DNA of 64,000 nucleotides from Chloroflexota bacterium. Its GTDB lineage: Bacteria > Chloroflexota > UBA11872. The stretch lies in the NCBI GenBank assembly GCA_022824865.1, contig JAJDZD010000039.1, positions 55,106-119,105 of the forward strand. Direction: 5' to 3'. The translations under genes were made by a program, and so were the position numbers. This document shows, piece after piece, positions 11,269 through 22,000 of the stretch. The notes under the pieces were generated by a model that was given only the letters and a program-made list of their open reading frames with translations, was not told where the DNA came from and did no database searches. How positions within the stretch are numbered: position 1 is the stretch's first letter; each line of letters starts with the position of its first letter.

Positions 11269-12258
11269 TCAGGCGGCGCTCAGGGTCTGGGTGCGGCCCG
11301 ACGCGGCGGCGGCCAGCACGGCACGGGTCAGGGCGACGGCTCGAGCGCCATCGGCCACGCCGGCCAGGCGATCATCAGCCGGCTCTGGGGCGATGAAGGC
11401 CTGGACGAGGGCACGAAGCGCCTGGCCCTCCGGCTCGGCCCGCGCCAACAGACCGCGACCTGCGCGCTCCAGCCGCACGCCGGGAAGCGGCGGCGGGTCC
11501 GGGGATCGGCCGTCAAGCGGCAGGACTTCCGCGACGGTCCAGTTCGACCAGACCCGTACACGGGTTACTCCGTCCGTCAAATCCAGCACGACGGGGCCGA
11601 GTTCAGGGTCCGCGCCTCCGCCGGCGACCGTGAGAGCGGCGTGGCGTTCGCGGTCGAAATAGAGGTCGGCCAGCAGCGCATCCGCCCGAGGGGGAACGCT
11701 GGACGTTGCGGTTCCGTGCCGGGTCGCAGGCGGGGGGCCGCCGTCGGCCACGATTTCCGCCGGCGGACCTTCGAACAGGTGCATCAGCAGGTCCAACGCG
11801 TGGTGGGGCGTCGTCCACGTGGTTTGCCGGACAGACGCCGGAGCATCCGGAGGGCCGGGATCGACGGCCATGGACATGTGGACGAACAAGGGCCGTGGCG
11901 TCAGGACGCGTAGCAGTTGCATCAGCGGCTCGAACCGCCAGTCGAACGCCATGCCAACCTGTCCCGGCGCGCCCTCAGCGGTGCGGACCGCGCGCCGCGC
12001 GTCCACGACGCCGCGAGCCAGTGGCGGGTCGACCAACACCCGGAGGCCGTCCCGCGCGGCGGCCGCCAGGCTGGCGGCGTCCGGGCGCGGGGCCGCCATG
12101 ATGAGCGTATCGAGGGCCTGGTCGGTCCAACTCGGGGCCGCCGCCGGATCCTCGTCCACACAGAACACCAGGTCGGCAGCGTCCAGCGACGCGATTGCGG
12201 CGGCAAAGGCGCGGCCGCGTGGGCCACAGCCCATGATCCCGATGCGGTGCGGGGACAT
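11269..12258 (-). CDS. Gfo/Idh/MocA-like oxidoreductase (divergent)
   Basis: 329 aa. N-terminal Rossmann-like IGIMGCGPRG and LRVLVDPPLA segments. Confidence 0.5.
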   Translation of the reverse strand: MSPHRIGIMGCGPRGRAFAAAIASLDAADLVFCVDEDPAAAPSWTDQALDTLIMAAPRPDAASLAAAARDGLRVLVDPPLARGVVDARRAVRTAEGAPGQVGMAFDWRFEPLMQLLRVLTPRPLFVHMSMAVDPGPPDAPASVRQTTWTTPHHALDLLMHLFEGPPAEIVADGGPPPATRHGTATSSVPPRADALLADLYFDRERHAALTVAGGGADPELGPVVLDLTDGVTRVRVWSNWTVAEVLPLDGRSPDPPPLPGVRLERAGRGLLARAEPEGQALRALVQAFIAPEPADDRLAGVADGARAVALTRAVLAAAASGRTQTLSAA

Positions 12259-12342
12259 GTGTCGAATCTGCGCAGGCGCGCGCCCCCCGTCAACCCTTGC
12301 CGCAGGTTAGGATGCCGGCGGTCCAACGCGCGGAGAGTCCAG

Positions 12343-13149
12343 ATGGCAGAACCGAACCCTCAGCTGAGCGGCTGGGCGCTGGTGCTCGGCGCATCCAGCG
12401 GATTCGGGGCCGCAACGGCCCGCTATCTGGCGACGTGCGGAATGGACGTGGTCGGCGTGCACTTTGACCGGCGCAACACCCAGCACCTGGCGGATGAGGT
12501 CAGGCAGGACATCGAGGCGCAGGGGCGTCAGGCGCGATTCTTCAACACCAACGCCGGCAGCCCCGCCGCCCGAACCAAGGTGCTGGACGCGATCACCGAC
12601 GACGTGCAAGGCAACGAGCCGAAAGTCCGCGTGCTGCTGCACTCCATTGCGTTCGGAACCACCGTGCCCTACGTGGGAAGTGACGACACGCCCGGCGTCA
12701 CCCCCAAGCAGATGGACATGACGCTGGACTTGATGGCTCATACGCTCGTCTATTGGTCCCAGGACCTGGTTGAACGCGGCCTGATGAGCCAGGGCTCGCG
12801 CATCTACGCCATGACCAGCGCCGGGACCTCGACGATCTGGCCCAGCTACGGCCCCGTCGGCGCGGCCAAGGCCGGCCTGGAACAGCACATCCGGCAACTG
12901 GCGGTTGAGTTGGCCCCGCAGGGAATCTCGGCCAACGCCATCCGCGCGGGCGTCACCGACACGCCGGCCCTGCGCAAAATCCCTGGAAACGACGCCATGA
13001 TTGACCAGGCCCGGCGCATGAACCCGGCCAGACGGATAACCACCACCGACGACGTGGCCCGCGCCATCGCCGCCCTCACCGTCGCCGACGCCGCCTGGAT
13101 CACCGGCAATGTGATCGGCGTGGACGGCGGCGAAAATCTGGTGATGTAG
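12343..13149 (+). CDS. Enoyl-ACP-reductase-like SDR oxidoreductase
   Basis: MAEPNPQLSGWALVLGASSGFGAA (Gly-rich NAD(P) motif). The YGPVGAAK segment gives the Y-x6-K spacing typical of FabI/FabL-type reductases. Internal ATG of track ORF 11917..13149. Confidence 0.75.
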   Translation: MAEPNPQLSGWALVLGASSGFGAATARYLATCGMDVVGVHFDRRNTQHLADEVRQDIEAQGRQARFFNTNAGSPAARTKVLDAITDDVQGNEPKVRVLLHSIAFGTTVPYVGSDDTPGVTPKQMDMTLDLMAHTLVYWSQDLVERGLMSQGSRIYAMTSAGTSTIWPSYGPVGAAKAGLEQHIRQLAVELAPQGISANAIRAGVTDTPALRKIPGNDAMIDQARRMNPARRITTTDDVARAIAALTVADAAWITGNVIGVDGGENLVM

Positions 13150-13237
13150 CCCCAACGAGTGGGGAGCGCCAAGACCTCAGAGGCAGCCGAGGTGCCAGTG
13201 CCAGACGCTCAATGGCCGATGAGGATTCAGGAACCTT

Positions 13238-13642
13238 TCATGGCGTGCTGTGCGGCGCAAGCACCTCACACCGAAGTCCGGCGGCGCGACTAAGCCTGCG
13301 GTCAAGTGTGGCCAGCGGACACTCCAGCGCCTCCGCCAGCGCGACGTACCAAGCGTCGTAGCTCGTTAAATTCTCGCGCAGCGCCCAGATTCGATCGGCG
13401 AACGGGGCAAACGGAAACAACTCCATATCAAGGTCCAGCAAGTCGACGTAAGCAAAGGCAGCCTCAAAGCGCGAAAGCTGTCCCGACTGCTCATGGCGTC
13501 GTAGAACATTGCAAGCCTCAGCCAACGCCAGTTCCGGTCCAGCCAAGGCGCCTTCGGCCAGCGTCGCTTCCGCCCACTGACCGTCGCGGCCCGAGTCAAC
13601 CAAGGCTGCGACAAGCACGGAGGCGTCGACGACTAGCGTCAA
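13238..13642 (-). CDS. vapC: PIN-domain toxin (VapC-like)
   Basis: 134 aa. Begins MTLVVDASVLVAAL, as PIN toxins typically do. There is a 4-nt overlap with the upstream antitoxin gene. Confidence 0.8.
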   Translation of the reverse strand: MTLVVDASVLVAALVDSGRDGQWAEATLAEGALAGPELALAEACNVLRRHEQSGQLSRFEAAFAYVDLLDLDMELFPFAPFADRIWALRENLTSYDAWYVALAEALECPLATLDRRLSRAAGLRCEVLAPHSTP

Positions 13643-13875
13643 GTGCGGTCGGCGTCACGCGCACGCAAGATTTCCGAAGTACTGATGTGCGTTTGCGTGA
13701 GGGACTTTCGACTTCGAACTTTCGCTAGCCACGCATCGACGGTGGGGCGCGACGCAATTCGCTCCAGTTCGCCACGCAGAAACTCCTGCATGGACTGGCG
13801 TTTCAGCGCGGCGCGTGCGGCCAGTTCGTCACGCACGGCCTCGGGGACTCCGCGGATTGTGATTTGTACGGGCAT
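13639..13875 (-). CDS. vapB: Ribbon-helix-helix antitoxin (VapB/FitA-like)
   Basis: MPVQITIRGVPEAVRDELAARAALKRQSMQEFLRGELERI is Arc/RHH-type. Internal ATG (13875) of track ORF 13639..14025. Confidence 0.7.
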   Translation of the reverse strand: MPVQITIRGVPEAVRDELAARAALKRQSMQEFLRGELERIASRPTVDAWLAKVRSRKSLTQTHISTSEILRARDADRT

Positions 13876-14258
13876 GCCTTCATAGTGCCAGCAATGCCAT
13901 CGTTTTACAATAAGTCCCAGCGTCAGGTGAACGTACCTGCCGCCGCCCCGGTCGATCCTGGGCTCGCTCGCTAGTGTGCCCTTCGACGTGCCTTGGGCAG
14001 GCGCACTTCGCCGTCTCCGCACCAACGCGCTACGCTTACGCAGCTTCTGATCAGTACGAGTCGAGCGAGCCAGCCTATGTAACGTCCAGAGCGCGGGGAT
14101 CGAGGACGAATCCCCGCGGGGCGCGCGCCCTCAACGTGCCGCCACGGCAGGTGCGGCGCAGGCGCCCGAAGACGACTCGTGGCGATGGGTGATTCCCGGC
14201 GATGGCGCGCGGGCACGGAATCCAACCCTTTTTTCTCTCTGACTGGAGACACGCAACG

Positions 14259-15677
14259 ATGTCGCTTCTCTGGACGCGCGACGCGCCCCGCTGGGCGTTG
14301 ACGGTTCGCGCGGCGACGGCCGTGCTGCTGGCGCTCACGGCCATCATGCTCATTCGCAACATGGTCTTCGCCCAGGCCGATCCTTCGGGCGAAGCCACGC
14401 TGGAGGCCGACCCGACCGTCGGCGTCACCTTCGTGTGGACGCTGCTCTCGGGCGCCCTGGTGTTCTTCATGCAGGCAGGCTTTGCCTTCTTGGGCGCCGG
14501 CCTCATCCGCGCCAAGAACACCGTCAACTACCTGACCAAGAACATCCTGGACTTCGCGGCGGGAGGCCTCTCGTTCTGGGCCTTCGGTTATGCGTTCATG
14601 TTCGGGGGCTCCGAGGCGTTTCCGGGGCTTGACCAGGGCAACGCCTTTATCGGCTACTCCGGGTTCTTCCTGGTGAATCAGGCTTACGACGTCTCGACGG
14701 CGATGTTCTGGTTCTTCCAGATGGTGTTTGCCGCCACCACCGCCACGATCGTGGCCGGCGCCGTGGCCGAGCGCACCAAGGTCACCGCCTACCTGGCCTA
14801 CAGCTTCCTCGTCACCGCCCTGGTCTACCCGATTTACGGGCACTGGATGTGGGGCGGCGGCTGGCTGGGCGGCGAGCAGCTGGAAAGCTGGATCGGCGCC
14901 GCGGCGGTGGACTTCGCCGGTTCGGGCGTGGTTCACACCATCGGCGGCATGCTGGCGCTGGCCGGCGCCTACACGGTGGGCGCCCGCATGGGCAAGTACG
15001 GACCCAACGGCGAGGTACGCAACCTCCGGGGCCACAACATGGTCTACGTGGTCATTGGGACGTTCATCCTGTTCTTCGGCTGGTTCGGCTTTAACGCCGG
15101 CAGCACGGTCAACGGCAACGACCCGCGCATTGCGGTCATCATTGCCAACACGTTCCTGGCCGGCGCCGCGGGCGCGGTTACGGCCGCCTACATCCGGCTG
15201 GTGCAGCGCGGCAAGATCAGTGCCGCCGACACCGCCAACGGCGCGCTGGCCGGTCTGGTCGGCGTCACGGCGCCCTGCGCCTTCATCGCGCCCTGGGCCG
15301 CGGTGGTGGTTGGCGCGGTTGGCGCCCTAGTGATGCTGGCCGGTGTCTGGTTCATCGACACCAAGCTGAAGATCGACGACCCGGTTGGCGCGTCGTCGGT
15401 CCACGGCGTGGCCGGGGCCTGGGGCCTGCTGGCGGTCGGCATCTTCGCCGACGGCACCTACGGCGGCGTCAGCGGCTTCGTCGCCGGCAACGGGATCCAG
15501 TTCGTGGCACAGTTGATCGCCGCCGTGGTGGCGGTCCTCTGGGCGCTCGGCACCGGTCTCCTGCTCTTCAACGCGCTGAAGCTCACCATGGGCCTGCGCG
15601 CGTCGCCCGAGGAGGAGATGAGCGGTCTCGACATGCCGGAACACGGCGAAGAGACTTACCCGGTCGAGGCTTCGTAA
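14259..15677 (+). CDS. amt: Ammonium transporter
   Basis: Amt/MEP family sequence throughout (FFMQAGFAFLGAGLIRAKN, FAGSGVVH, GWFGFNAGS). ATG 14259 is preceded by GGAG. No glnB/glnK gene follows. Confidence 0.9.
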   Translation: MSLLWTRDAPRWALTVRAATAVLLALTAIMLIRNMVFAQADPSGEATLEADPTVGVTFVWTLLSGALVFFMQAGFAFLGAGLIRAKNTVNYLTKNILDFAAGGLSFWAFGYAFMFGGSEAFPGLDQGNAFIGYSGFFLVNQAYDVSTAMFWFFQMVFAATTATIVAGAVAERTKVTAYLAYSFLVTALVYPIYGHWMWGGGWLGGEQLESWIGAAAVDFAGSGVVHTIGGMLALAGAYTVGARMGKYGPNGEVRNLRGHNMVYVVIGTFILFFGWFGFNAGSTVNGNDPRIAVIIANTFLAGAAGAVTAAYIRLVQRGKISAADTANGALAGLVGVTAPCAFIAPWAAVVVGAVGALVMLAGVWFIDTKLKIDDPVGASSVHGVAGAWGLLAVGIFADGTYGGVSGFVAGNGIQFVAQLIAAVVAVLWALGTGLLLFNALKLTMGLRASPEEEMSGLDMPEHGEETYPVEAS

Positions 15678-15705
15678 AGCTCGGCCCCCGCTCGTAACGG
15701 GAAAA

Positions 15706-15739
15706 CCGAGGGGCCGCGGCGACCGCCGCGGCCCCTCGG
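15706..15739. terminator. Bidirectional hairpin between convergent amt and glcD-like genes
   Basis: Perfect 14-bp GC-rich stem (ccgaggggccgcgg / ccgcggcccctcgg) with a 6-nt loop. It is followed by UUUUCCC on the minus strand and CUGUUCUU on the plus strand. Confidence 0.6.
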
Positions 15740-15757
15740 CTGTTCTTGGAAAAAAAT

Positions 15758-17125
15758 CTATTGTTGATCCGTCGGCCACATCGCGCCCGGGTTCATGATG
15801 TTGTCGGGATCGAAGGCGCGCTTAATGCGGCGCATGGCCGCCAGGGTGGGCGGATCGTAGGCACGATCGATGAACGGCTGCTTCACCCGCCCCAGGCCGT
15901 GCTCGCCCGAGAGGATGCCGCCGGCCCCGAGACCGGTGTCGGCCACGATCGGCAGCAGGCTGAAGGCCCTGTCTCGCTCCTCCGGATCCGTCGGGTCGTA
16001 GAGCATGTTGGGGTGTAGCGTGCCGTCCGCCGCGTGGCCAAAGATGGCCACCACGACGTCCGCATCGTCTGCGGCCTGCTTGATCGCGGAAAAGGTAGGC
16101 GCGAGTTGCGAGTACGGCACGCAGATGTCCTCGCCGATCTTGGCCGGACGAATCTTTGCCAGCGAGGCTGTGATTCCACGCCGCGCCTCCCACCAGCGCT
16201 CGGCGCGGACGGGATCCACGCTGTCCGTCCCGCCGCCCGCGGATCTGAGCAGATCGTCCAGCCCGGCGGTTTCGTCTCGCACCTCGGTCTCGTCGCCGTC
16301 CAGTTCGATCAGCAGTAGCCCTCCGGCGTCGCGCGGGAATCCCCAGGATCGGGACCGTTCCAGCGATTCGACGGTGATGTCGTCCAGGAACTCGAGCTTG
16401 GCCGGGGTAATCCCGCTCTCCATGATCTCGGCCACCGCCCGCAGTGCGGCTTCGCCATCGGGAAAGCCGGCCGCCCGCACGGCGCGATGCCGCGGCATCG
16501 GACGCAGTTGGAGCGTGATCTCCGTCACGATGCCCAGCGTGCCTTCAGACCCGATGACTAAGTCGATTACGGCGTCCTCCGCGCCACGCCTCAGGCACAG
16601 CAGGCCGTGGCGGGGCGTGACCACGCGCAAACCGACGACGGCGTCGCGGGTGACCCCGTACTTGAAGGCGTAGGGACCGCCGGCGTTGGTGGCCACGTTG
16701 CCGCCGATCGTGGCGGCCGCTTCCGACGAAGGGTCGGGCGCATAGAACAGTCCACGCTGCGCTGCGAAATCACGAAAGTCGCGCGTCACCACGCCGGGCT
16801 CAACCGTGGCGCGCCGCCGCACGGCGTCGAAGTCCGTGATCCGGCGCATTCGATTCGTGTCGATCACCAGGGCGCCATCGGGCGGCACCGCCGACGCCGA
16901 CAGGCTGGTGGCCCCGCCGCGCGCCAGGCAGGGAACGCCGTGTTCAACGGCCGCGGCCAGCGTGTCGACGATGTGGGCTTCCGTCTCGGCCATCACCACC
17001 GCAGCCGGGGTCCCGCGGTAGCCCATGGTCGCGTCGTAGCCATAGGCCACCAGCTCGTCGGGATCCAGCAGCAGGTGCGAGTCACCGCCAATTCGACGGA
17101 GTTTGGCAATCAAGGCCGGATTCAT
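15758..17125 (-). CDS. FAD-linked oxidase (glycolate oxidase GlcD-like)
   Basis: MNPALIAKLRRIGGDSHLLLDPDELVAYGYDAT..., FAD-binding PCMH-type region (RGGATSLS), C-terminal GEHGLGRVK. Internal ATG 17125 of track ORF 15758..17392. Confidence 0.85.
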   Translation of the reverse strand: MNPALIAKLRRIGGDSHLLLDPDELVAYGYDATMGYRGTPAAVVMAETEAHIVDTLAAAVEHGVPCLARGGATSLSASAVPPDGALVIDTNRMRRITDFDAVRRRATVEPGVVTRDFRDFAAQRGLFYAPDPSSEAAATIGGNVATNAGGPYAFKYGVTRDAVVGLRVVTPRHGLLCLRRGAEDAVIDLVIGSEGTLGIVTEITLQLRPMPRHRAVRAAGFPDGEAALRAVAEIMESGITPAKLEFLDDITVESLERSRSWGFPRDAGGLLLIELDGDETEVRDETAGLDDLLRSAGGGTDSVDPVRAERWWEARRGITASLAKIRPAKIGEDICVPYSQLAPTFSAIKQAADDADVVVAIFGHAADGTLHPNMLYDPTDPEERDRAFSLLPIVADTGLGAGGILSGEHGLGRVKQPFIDRAYDPPTLAAMRRIKRAFDPDNIMNPGAMWPTDQQ

Positions 17126-17274
17126 TGACGGGGCCGTTCGCTTGGAGTCTGGACTGGTTCCCAGCGTATGCGGGCATGGTAGGCGGAGGGTTGGCAAGGT
17201 CGCGGCAGCCAGCGGGGATCGGACCGTGCCGGTCCTGGGTGGACGAATATGTTCGCTTTTTGTACGGTATATGT

Positions 17275-17814
17275 ATGATGCGCCGTCGGACGCCGCGAGA
17301 GATCCAGGTGGCTGCCGCGCTGCTACGGCAACGGGGCGGGCTGCCGGCCTCCACGCCGATCCTGGACGCGGCCGACCTGGCGCGAACCGCAACGCTGTTG
17401 CGCGTTTACCGGCGTCCGCTTCCCCTTGGAATCCGCGGCCTGCTGGCCGGCGTGGGCGGCAGACGTGCGGCGCTGGTCGTAAACGCGCGGCTGTCCGTCG
17501 TGGATCGTAATGTCAGCGCGGCCCACGAACTTGGGCACTGGGTGCTGCACGCGGGCGCGATGCCTGACGCCATTGGGCGCGGCGAGCGCCGACGTCGGGA
17601 ATGGGAAGCGGATCGCTTTGCGCTGGAACTGCTGTTGCCGGAGGCACTGGTCCGGCGGGTGCTTGTCGAGCGGCGTTGCTCAATGGGAGCCGCGGCGGAG
17701 CGGCTGGGAGTACGTGGAACCTACCTGTCCCGTCGGATTCGCGAGTTGAGGCGAGCTGATCAGCCCTTCTTCAGAAGGGGAAGCCCGGTGCGCGGGTTTT
17801 CCGACACGACGTAG
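17275..17814 (+). CDS. ImmA/IrrE-like zinc metallopeptidase
   Basis: HELGHWVLH (HExxH) followed by EWEADRFALELLLP, the ImmA/IrrE signature. The C-terminal segment MGAAAERLGVRGTYLSRRIREL looks HTH-like. I chose MMRRR as the start. Confidence 0.6.
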   Translation: MMRRRTPREIQVAAALLRQRGGLPASTPILDAADLARTATLLRVYRRPLPLGIRGLLAGVGGRRAALVVNARLSVVDRNVSAAHELGHWVLHAGAMPDAIGRGERRRREWEADRFALELLLPEALVRRVLVERRCSMGAAAERLGVRGTYLSRRIRELRRADQPFFRRGSPVRGFSDTT

Positions 17815-17960
17815 CCCTCGGGCATCTCATCAACCGCTCCCTCGCCCACTGTCTTGGCGAAATAGTAGATGCGTTGCTGACGACCACCTCGCAGCGTCAC
17901 GACCCGTGAGTGCAGGTGGTACGTGTGTCCAGACTTCTTGCTGATCACGCTATACGCCAC
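17760..17960 (-). CDS. Small conserved hypothetical protein (66 aa)
   Basis: GGGAGGA lies 6 nt upstream of GTG 17960. Product is VAYSVISKKSGHTYHLHSRVVTLRGGRQQRIYYFAKTVGEGAVDEMPEGYVVSENPRTGLPLLKKG. Its 3' end overlaps the convergent peptidase gene by 55 nt. Confidence 0.5.
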   Translation of the reverse strand: MAYSVISKKSGHTYHLHSRVVTLRGGRQQRIYYFAKTVGEGAVDEMPEGYVVSENPRTGLPLLKKG

Positions 17961-18207
17961 AGTCTGTCCTCCCAAATACACCGCGCCGAGCGCAATAACT
18001 GAGCGCGAAGCATACCGTCATACCGGCGGAGCACAAAGCAAATTCGCCGGGCGCGGGCGGGCCGTGCCAAGTCCCAGTGGTTAGTTGCCTGCGACAAACA
18101 CCTGTGCTAGTAGCCGGAGTTTGAGTGAAGCCGATGGGCGGCCCGGCCTTTCGCCGCAACGAGGGGTCGGTAAGACTGAACGCGGCGCCGCACAGCCCTG
18201 AAGCTAA

Positions 18208-19002
18208 GTGACACACGCACCGATTCCCCGGACGCCGCTGTGCGCGTCGATGGTTCAGGCCCGGCTGCGGGCGGTAGGCGTTGGCGCGCCGGTGACGGTG
18301 GCAGACCAAACCGGCTCGACGCAGGACGACGCGCTGGAGGGACTGCGGATGGGGGCTCCGCACGGCGCGGTCTATGCAGCCGAGCGTCAGACCCGGGGGC
18401 GCGGGCGGCGTGGGCGGCGCTGGCTCACCACACCCGGCGGGCTGCTGTTCTCGCTAATCGCGCGCGGAGCCGCAACACATTCCGGCTCAACCGGACGCCT
18501 CACCATCGCGGCCGCCGTGGGCGTGGTGCGGGCCATTCAAGCGTGTACGGGCGCCTCGGCTTCCATCAAGTGGCCGAACGACGTGGTGTTCGGTCAGGCC
18601 AAGGCCGGCGGCGTGCTCGTGGAAACGCATGGAACCACCGCCGTGGTGGGCGTGGGGCTGAACGCCTGCAGCGGCGCGGGGATCGCCGAAGGACAGGTCA
18701 CGACTGCCGTGGCCACTTATGCGATCCGCCCCTTTGACCGCAGTGAACTGCTGGCGGCCTGCGTGGCCGAGATGCTGGATTGCCTGGCGGCGGAGGGCCC
18801 GGCGTGGGACGACGTCTACGCGGAGTGGGTTCGCCGGTCGACGCTGCTGGGACTCCAGGTCGAGGTGAGCGGCGCTCGGCGTGCCCGCGGCCTGGTTGCA
18901 GGATTCGATCCCGACGGTTCATTGCGCCTGCGTGATGCGGACGGGAACCTCCAGCGGCTCAGCAGCGGCGACGTTTCGCTGCGGCTGGCGACGGACCGCT
19001 AA
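18208..19002 (+). CDS. birA: Biotin--[acetyl-CoA-carboxylase] ligase
   Basis: GRGRRGRRW biotin-binding loop and KWPNDV motif. No N-terminal HTH domain. Start (GTG 18208 or ATG 18250) is uncertain. Confidence 0.85.
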   Translation: MTHAPIPRTPLCASMVQARLRAVGVGAPVTVADQTGSTQDDALEGLRMGAPHGAVYAAERQTRGRGRRGRRWLTTPGGLLFSLIARGAATHSGSTGRLTIAAAVGVVRAIQACTGASASIKWPNDVVFGQAKAGGVLVETHGTTAVVGVGLNACSGAGIAEGQVTTAVATYAIRPFDRSELLAACVAEMLDCLAAEGPAWDDVYAEWVRRSTLLGLQVEVSGARRARGLVAGFDPDGSLRLRDADGNLQRLSSGDVSLRLATDR

Positions 19003-19013
19003 CCTCGGCGTCA

Positions 19014-22000
19014 ATGGGCGAACGCGCCGCCGTGCTCCGCACGTCGCCGTTGCGGTTGCTGCGCCGGAGCGTGCATCGGCCCGATCCGGCCTGGGCCCTT
19101 CACGCAACTGCGGTCGCAGCCGTGCTTGCCTTGGGAGCGGCTCTGCGACTCGTCGGCCTGGACTGGGACCAGGGCCAGCACCAGCACCCCGATGAGCGCT
19201 TCCTCAGCAGCGTGCTGCTGCAGATCCAGCCGGCGCCGAACCTGTGGTCCTACGTCGATCCCAGTCGCTCGCCGCTGAATCCGTTCAACCACGACATTTC
19301 GTTCTTCGTCTACGGAACCCTTCCGCTATTCCTCGTCGAGTCCCTGGCGCGCGCGCTGGGCCGCACCGGGTACGACGAGGCCTACCTGATCGGACGAGCG
19401 CTCTCGGCCCTGTTCGACCTCGGGACCGTGGTGCTGGTCTACCTGCTGGGTCGGCGGCTCCTGGGACCGTGGCCGGGCGTGCTGGCGGCGGCCCTGATGG
19501 CCCTGGCCGTGCACTCAATCCAGATCGCGCACTTCTTCGCCGTCGACACGTTTGCGACGTTTTTCGGCACGCTGGCGCTCTGGCTGCTGGTCCGTTACGC
19601 GGCGTCGCGCGACGCCCGCAGCCTCGGACTCGCCGGCATTGCCGCTGGACTGGCGATGGCCAGCAAGCTGAGCACCGGGCTGCTGCTGGCGCTGTTTGCG
19701 GGCTGGTGGGCGATTCACGCAGTCCGCGAAGGAGTACTCGGCGACGCGTGGGCGCGCCGCGGGGCGTGGCTGGCCCACCTGGGCGCGTTCGGGGCGTTCG
19801 CGGCGTTGGCCTTCCGGCTGTTCCAACCCTACGCATTTGCCGAGGCGTCGCCCTGGGATTGGCGCCTTGCGCCCGCGTTCACCAGCGCGCTGGCTCAACA
19901 GCAGGCCATCCAGTCGGGAACGCTCGACTGGCCGCCCGGCATCCAGTGGGCGGGCACGGCCGCCTGGTTCTATCCGTTGGAACAGATCGTGCATTGGGGC
20001 GCCGGCCCGGCCTTCGGCCTTGCGGCACTGGCGGCCACCGGCTTAGCGGTGGTGGTGTGGTGGCGCACCCGAAGTCACGTCCTGGCACTGTCGCTGGCCT
20101 GGGGCGGACTGAACGTCCTTGTCTTTGGCGCCCTCGTGCTCAAGACCATGCGCTACTTCCATCCGGTGTACCCGGTGCTGGCATTGCTGACGGCCTGGAT
20201 GCTTGCCTGGGGCTGGCAACGGCGTGCGCGGCTGCGCGGTCTTGCCGGTTGGGGCGTCGGCGCGGCGCTGGCGGCGGTGCTGGGCGCGACGCTGCTGTGG
20301 GCGCTGGCCTTTACCCAGATCTACGGCCGCGACCACACGCGTGTCGCGGCGTCCGCCTTCGTCTACGCCAACGTGCCGTCGGGATCCGCGATAGCCGTGG
20401 AGCAATGGGACGATGCCTTGCCCCTGCCGCTGGACGGGCGCAGCCCGGACCGGTTCACGCACCTGTCACTACGGGTCTACGACCCGGACGAGGAGGCGAA
20501 GCGTAGCCATCTGATTCAATCCCTCAACCAGGCCGACCTGGTGATTCTGGCCAGCGATCGCGGCGCCGCCACCATCCCGCGCATGCCCCAGCGATATCCG
20601 CTTACGGGTCGCTACTACAGAGCCCTGGATGACGGCTCCCTGGGCTTCGACCTGCTGGCGCGGTTTGAGTCCAGGCCCTCGCTGGGTCCCTGGACCATCG
20701 ACGACCGGGCGGCTGAAGAGGCCTTCAGCGTCTACGACCACCCCACGGTCTCGATCTACGCAAGGCGAGGTTCCGGGACGTCGGCCGCCATCCAGCGCGA
20801 ACTCGGCGCCGTCGACCTGCGCGGCGTGATGCAGGTGCTGCCCAGGGATGCTGCTACCCGCCGCACGAATCTCACGGCGGCCGAGGCGACCCGCGTCGAA
20901 GCGGAAGCCGGTTGGCCCGCCCAGTTCCAGGAGCGGCCGCTGCGTGGTGCCGGTGCGGTGGCGGCCTGGTATGCGGCGGTCTGGCTGGCCGGCCTCCTGG
21001 CCTGGCCGCTGATCTGGCCGGCGCTGCGGCGCCTGCCCGACCGTGGGTATGCGGCGGCCCGGGTGCTGGGACCTTTGGTGCTGATTTTTCCAACCTGGTG
21101 GCTGGCCAGCACGGGTGCGATGCGCTTCGACGTGCCGGCGATTCTGGCCGGCGTGAGTCTCGTGGCCGTGGTCTCAGGCGCCGTGGCTTGGCGCCATTGG
21201 GCCGAAGTGCGTCGCTCGTTGGCGGGGGCTGTGGCGCCGATCCTCGTAACCGAGGCCCTGATCCTCCTGGCCTTCGGCGCCATGCTGATCCTGCGGATGC
21301 GAAACCCGGACCTCTGGCACCCGGTGTTCGGGGGCGAGAAGCCCATGGACTTCGCGCATCTCAACGCGGTCATCCGCAGCCCGGAGTTTCCACCCCACGA
21401 TCCCTGGCACGCGGGCAGCCGGCTGAACTACTACTACCTGGGCCACGTGCCCACCGCCGCGCTGGCCAACACGCTGGGCGTGGTGCCGGCCACGGCCTAC
21501 AACCTGGCGGTGGCTGGCGCATTTGCGGCGGCGGTAGGCGCAATCTTCGGCGCGGCGTCTGGACTCTGGTCCTTGTTAGGGCGGCGCTGGGGCGAGGCGG
21601 CGGCCGTTGGGCTTGCGGCGGTGGCGCTGGTCCTTTTGGCCGGCAACCTCCACGTGGCCCTGCAGCTCGTGGTATTCGCGCAACATAAGGCCGGAGACGC
21701 CACGATTGCCGTGCTGGAGATACCCGGGCTTCTGTTCGGCGGAGGACTGGCCGAATCCTTCGACTTCTGGGCCGCCACACGGGTCATCCCCAGGACAGTG
21801 AACGAGTTCCCCTGGTTTACCTTCATGTACGGCGACCTCCATCCCCACCTGATGAACTTTGCCAACACGGGCGCGGCGCTGATCGGCGTCGCGGCGATCG
21901 TCGGACTTGGCGAGGCCGCTCGGCGCGAGCGTGCGACCGGATGGCGACCCTGGGTCGCGGTGCTGGCTCTCCAAACATTCGTGCTGGCGCTGCACCGGGT

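Noticed and set aside
13971-15035. 354-aa minus-strand ORF
   Set aside because: Antisense to the ammonium transporter gene, with an Arg/His/Gly-rich product.
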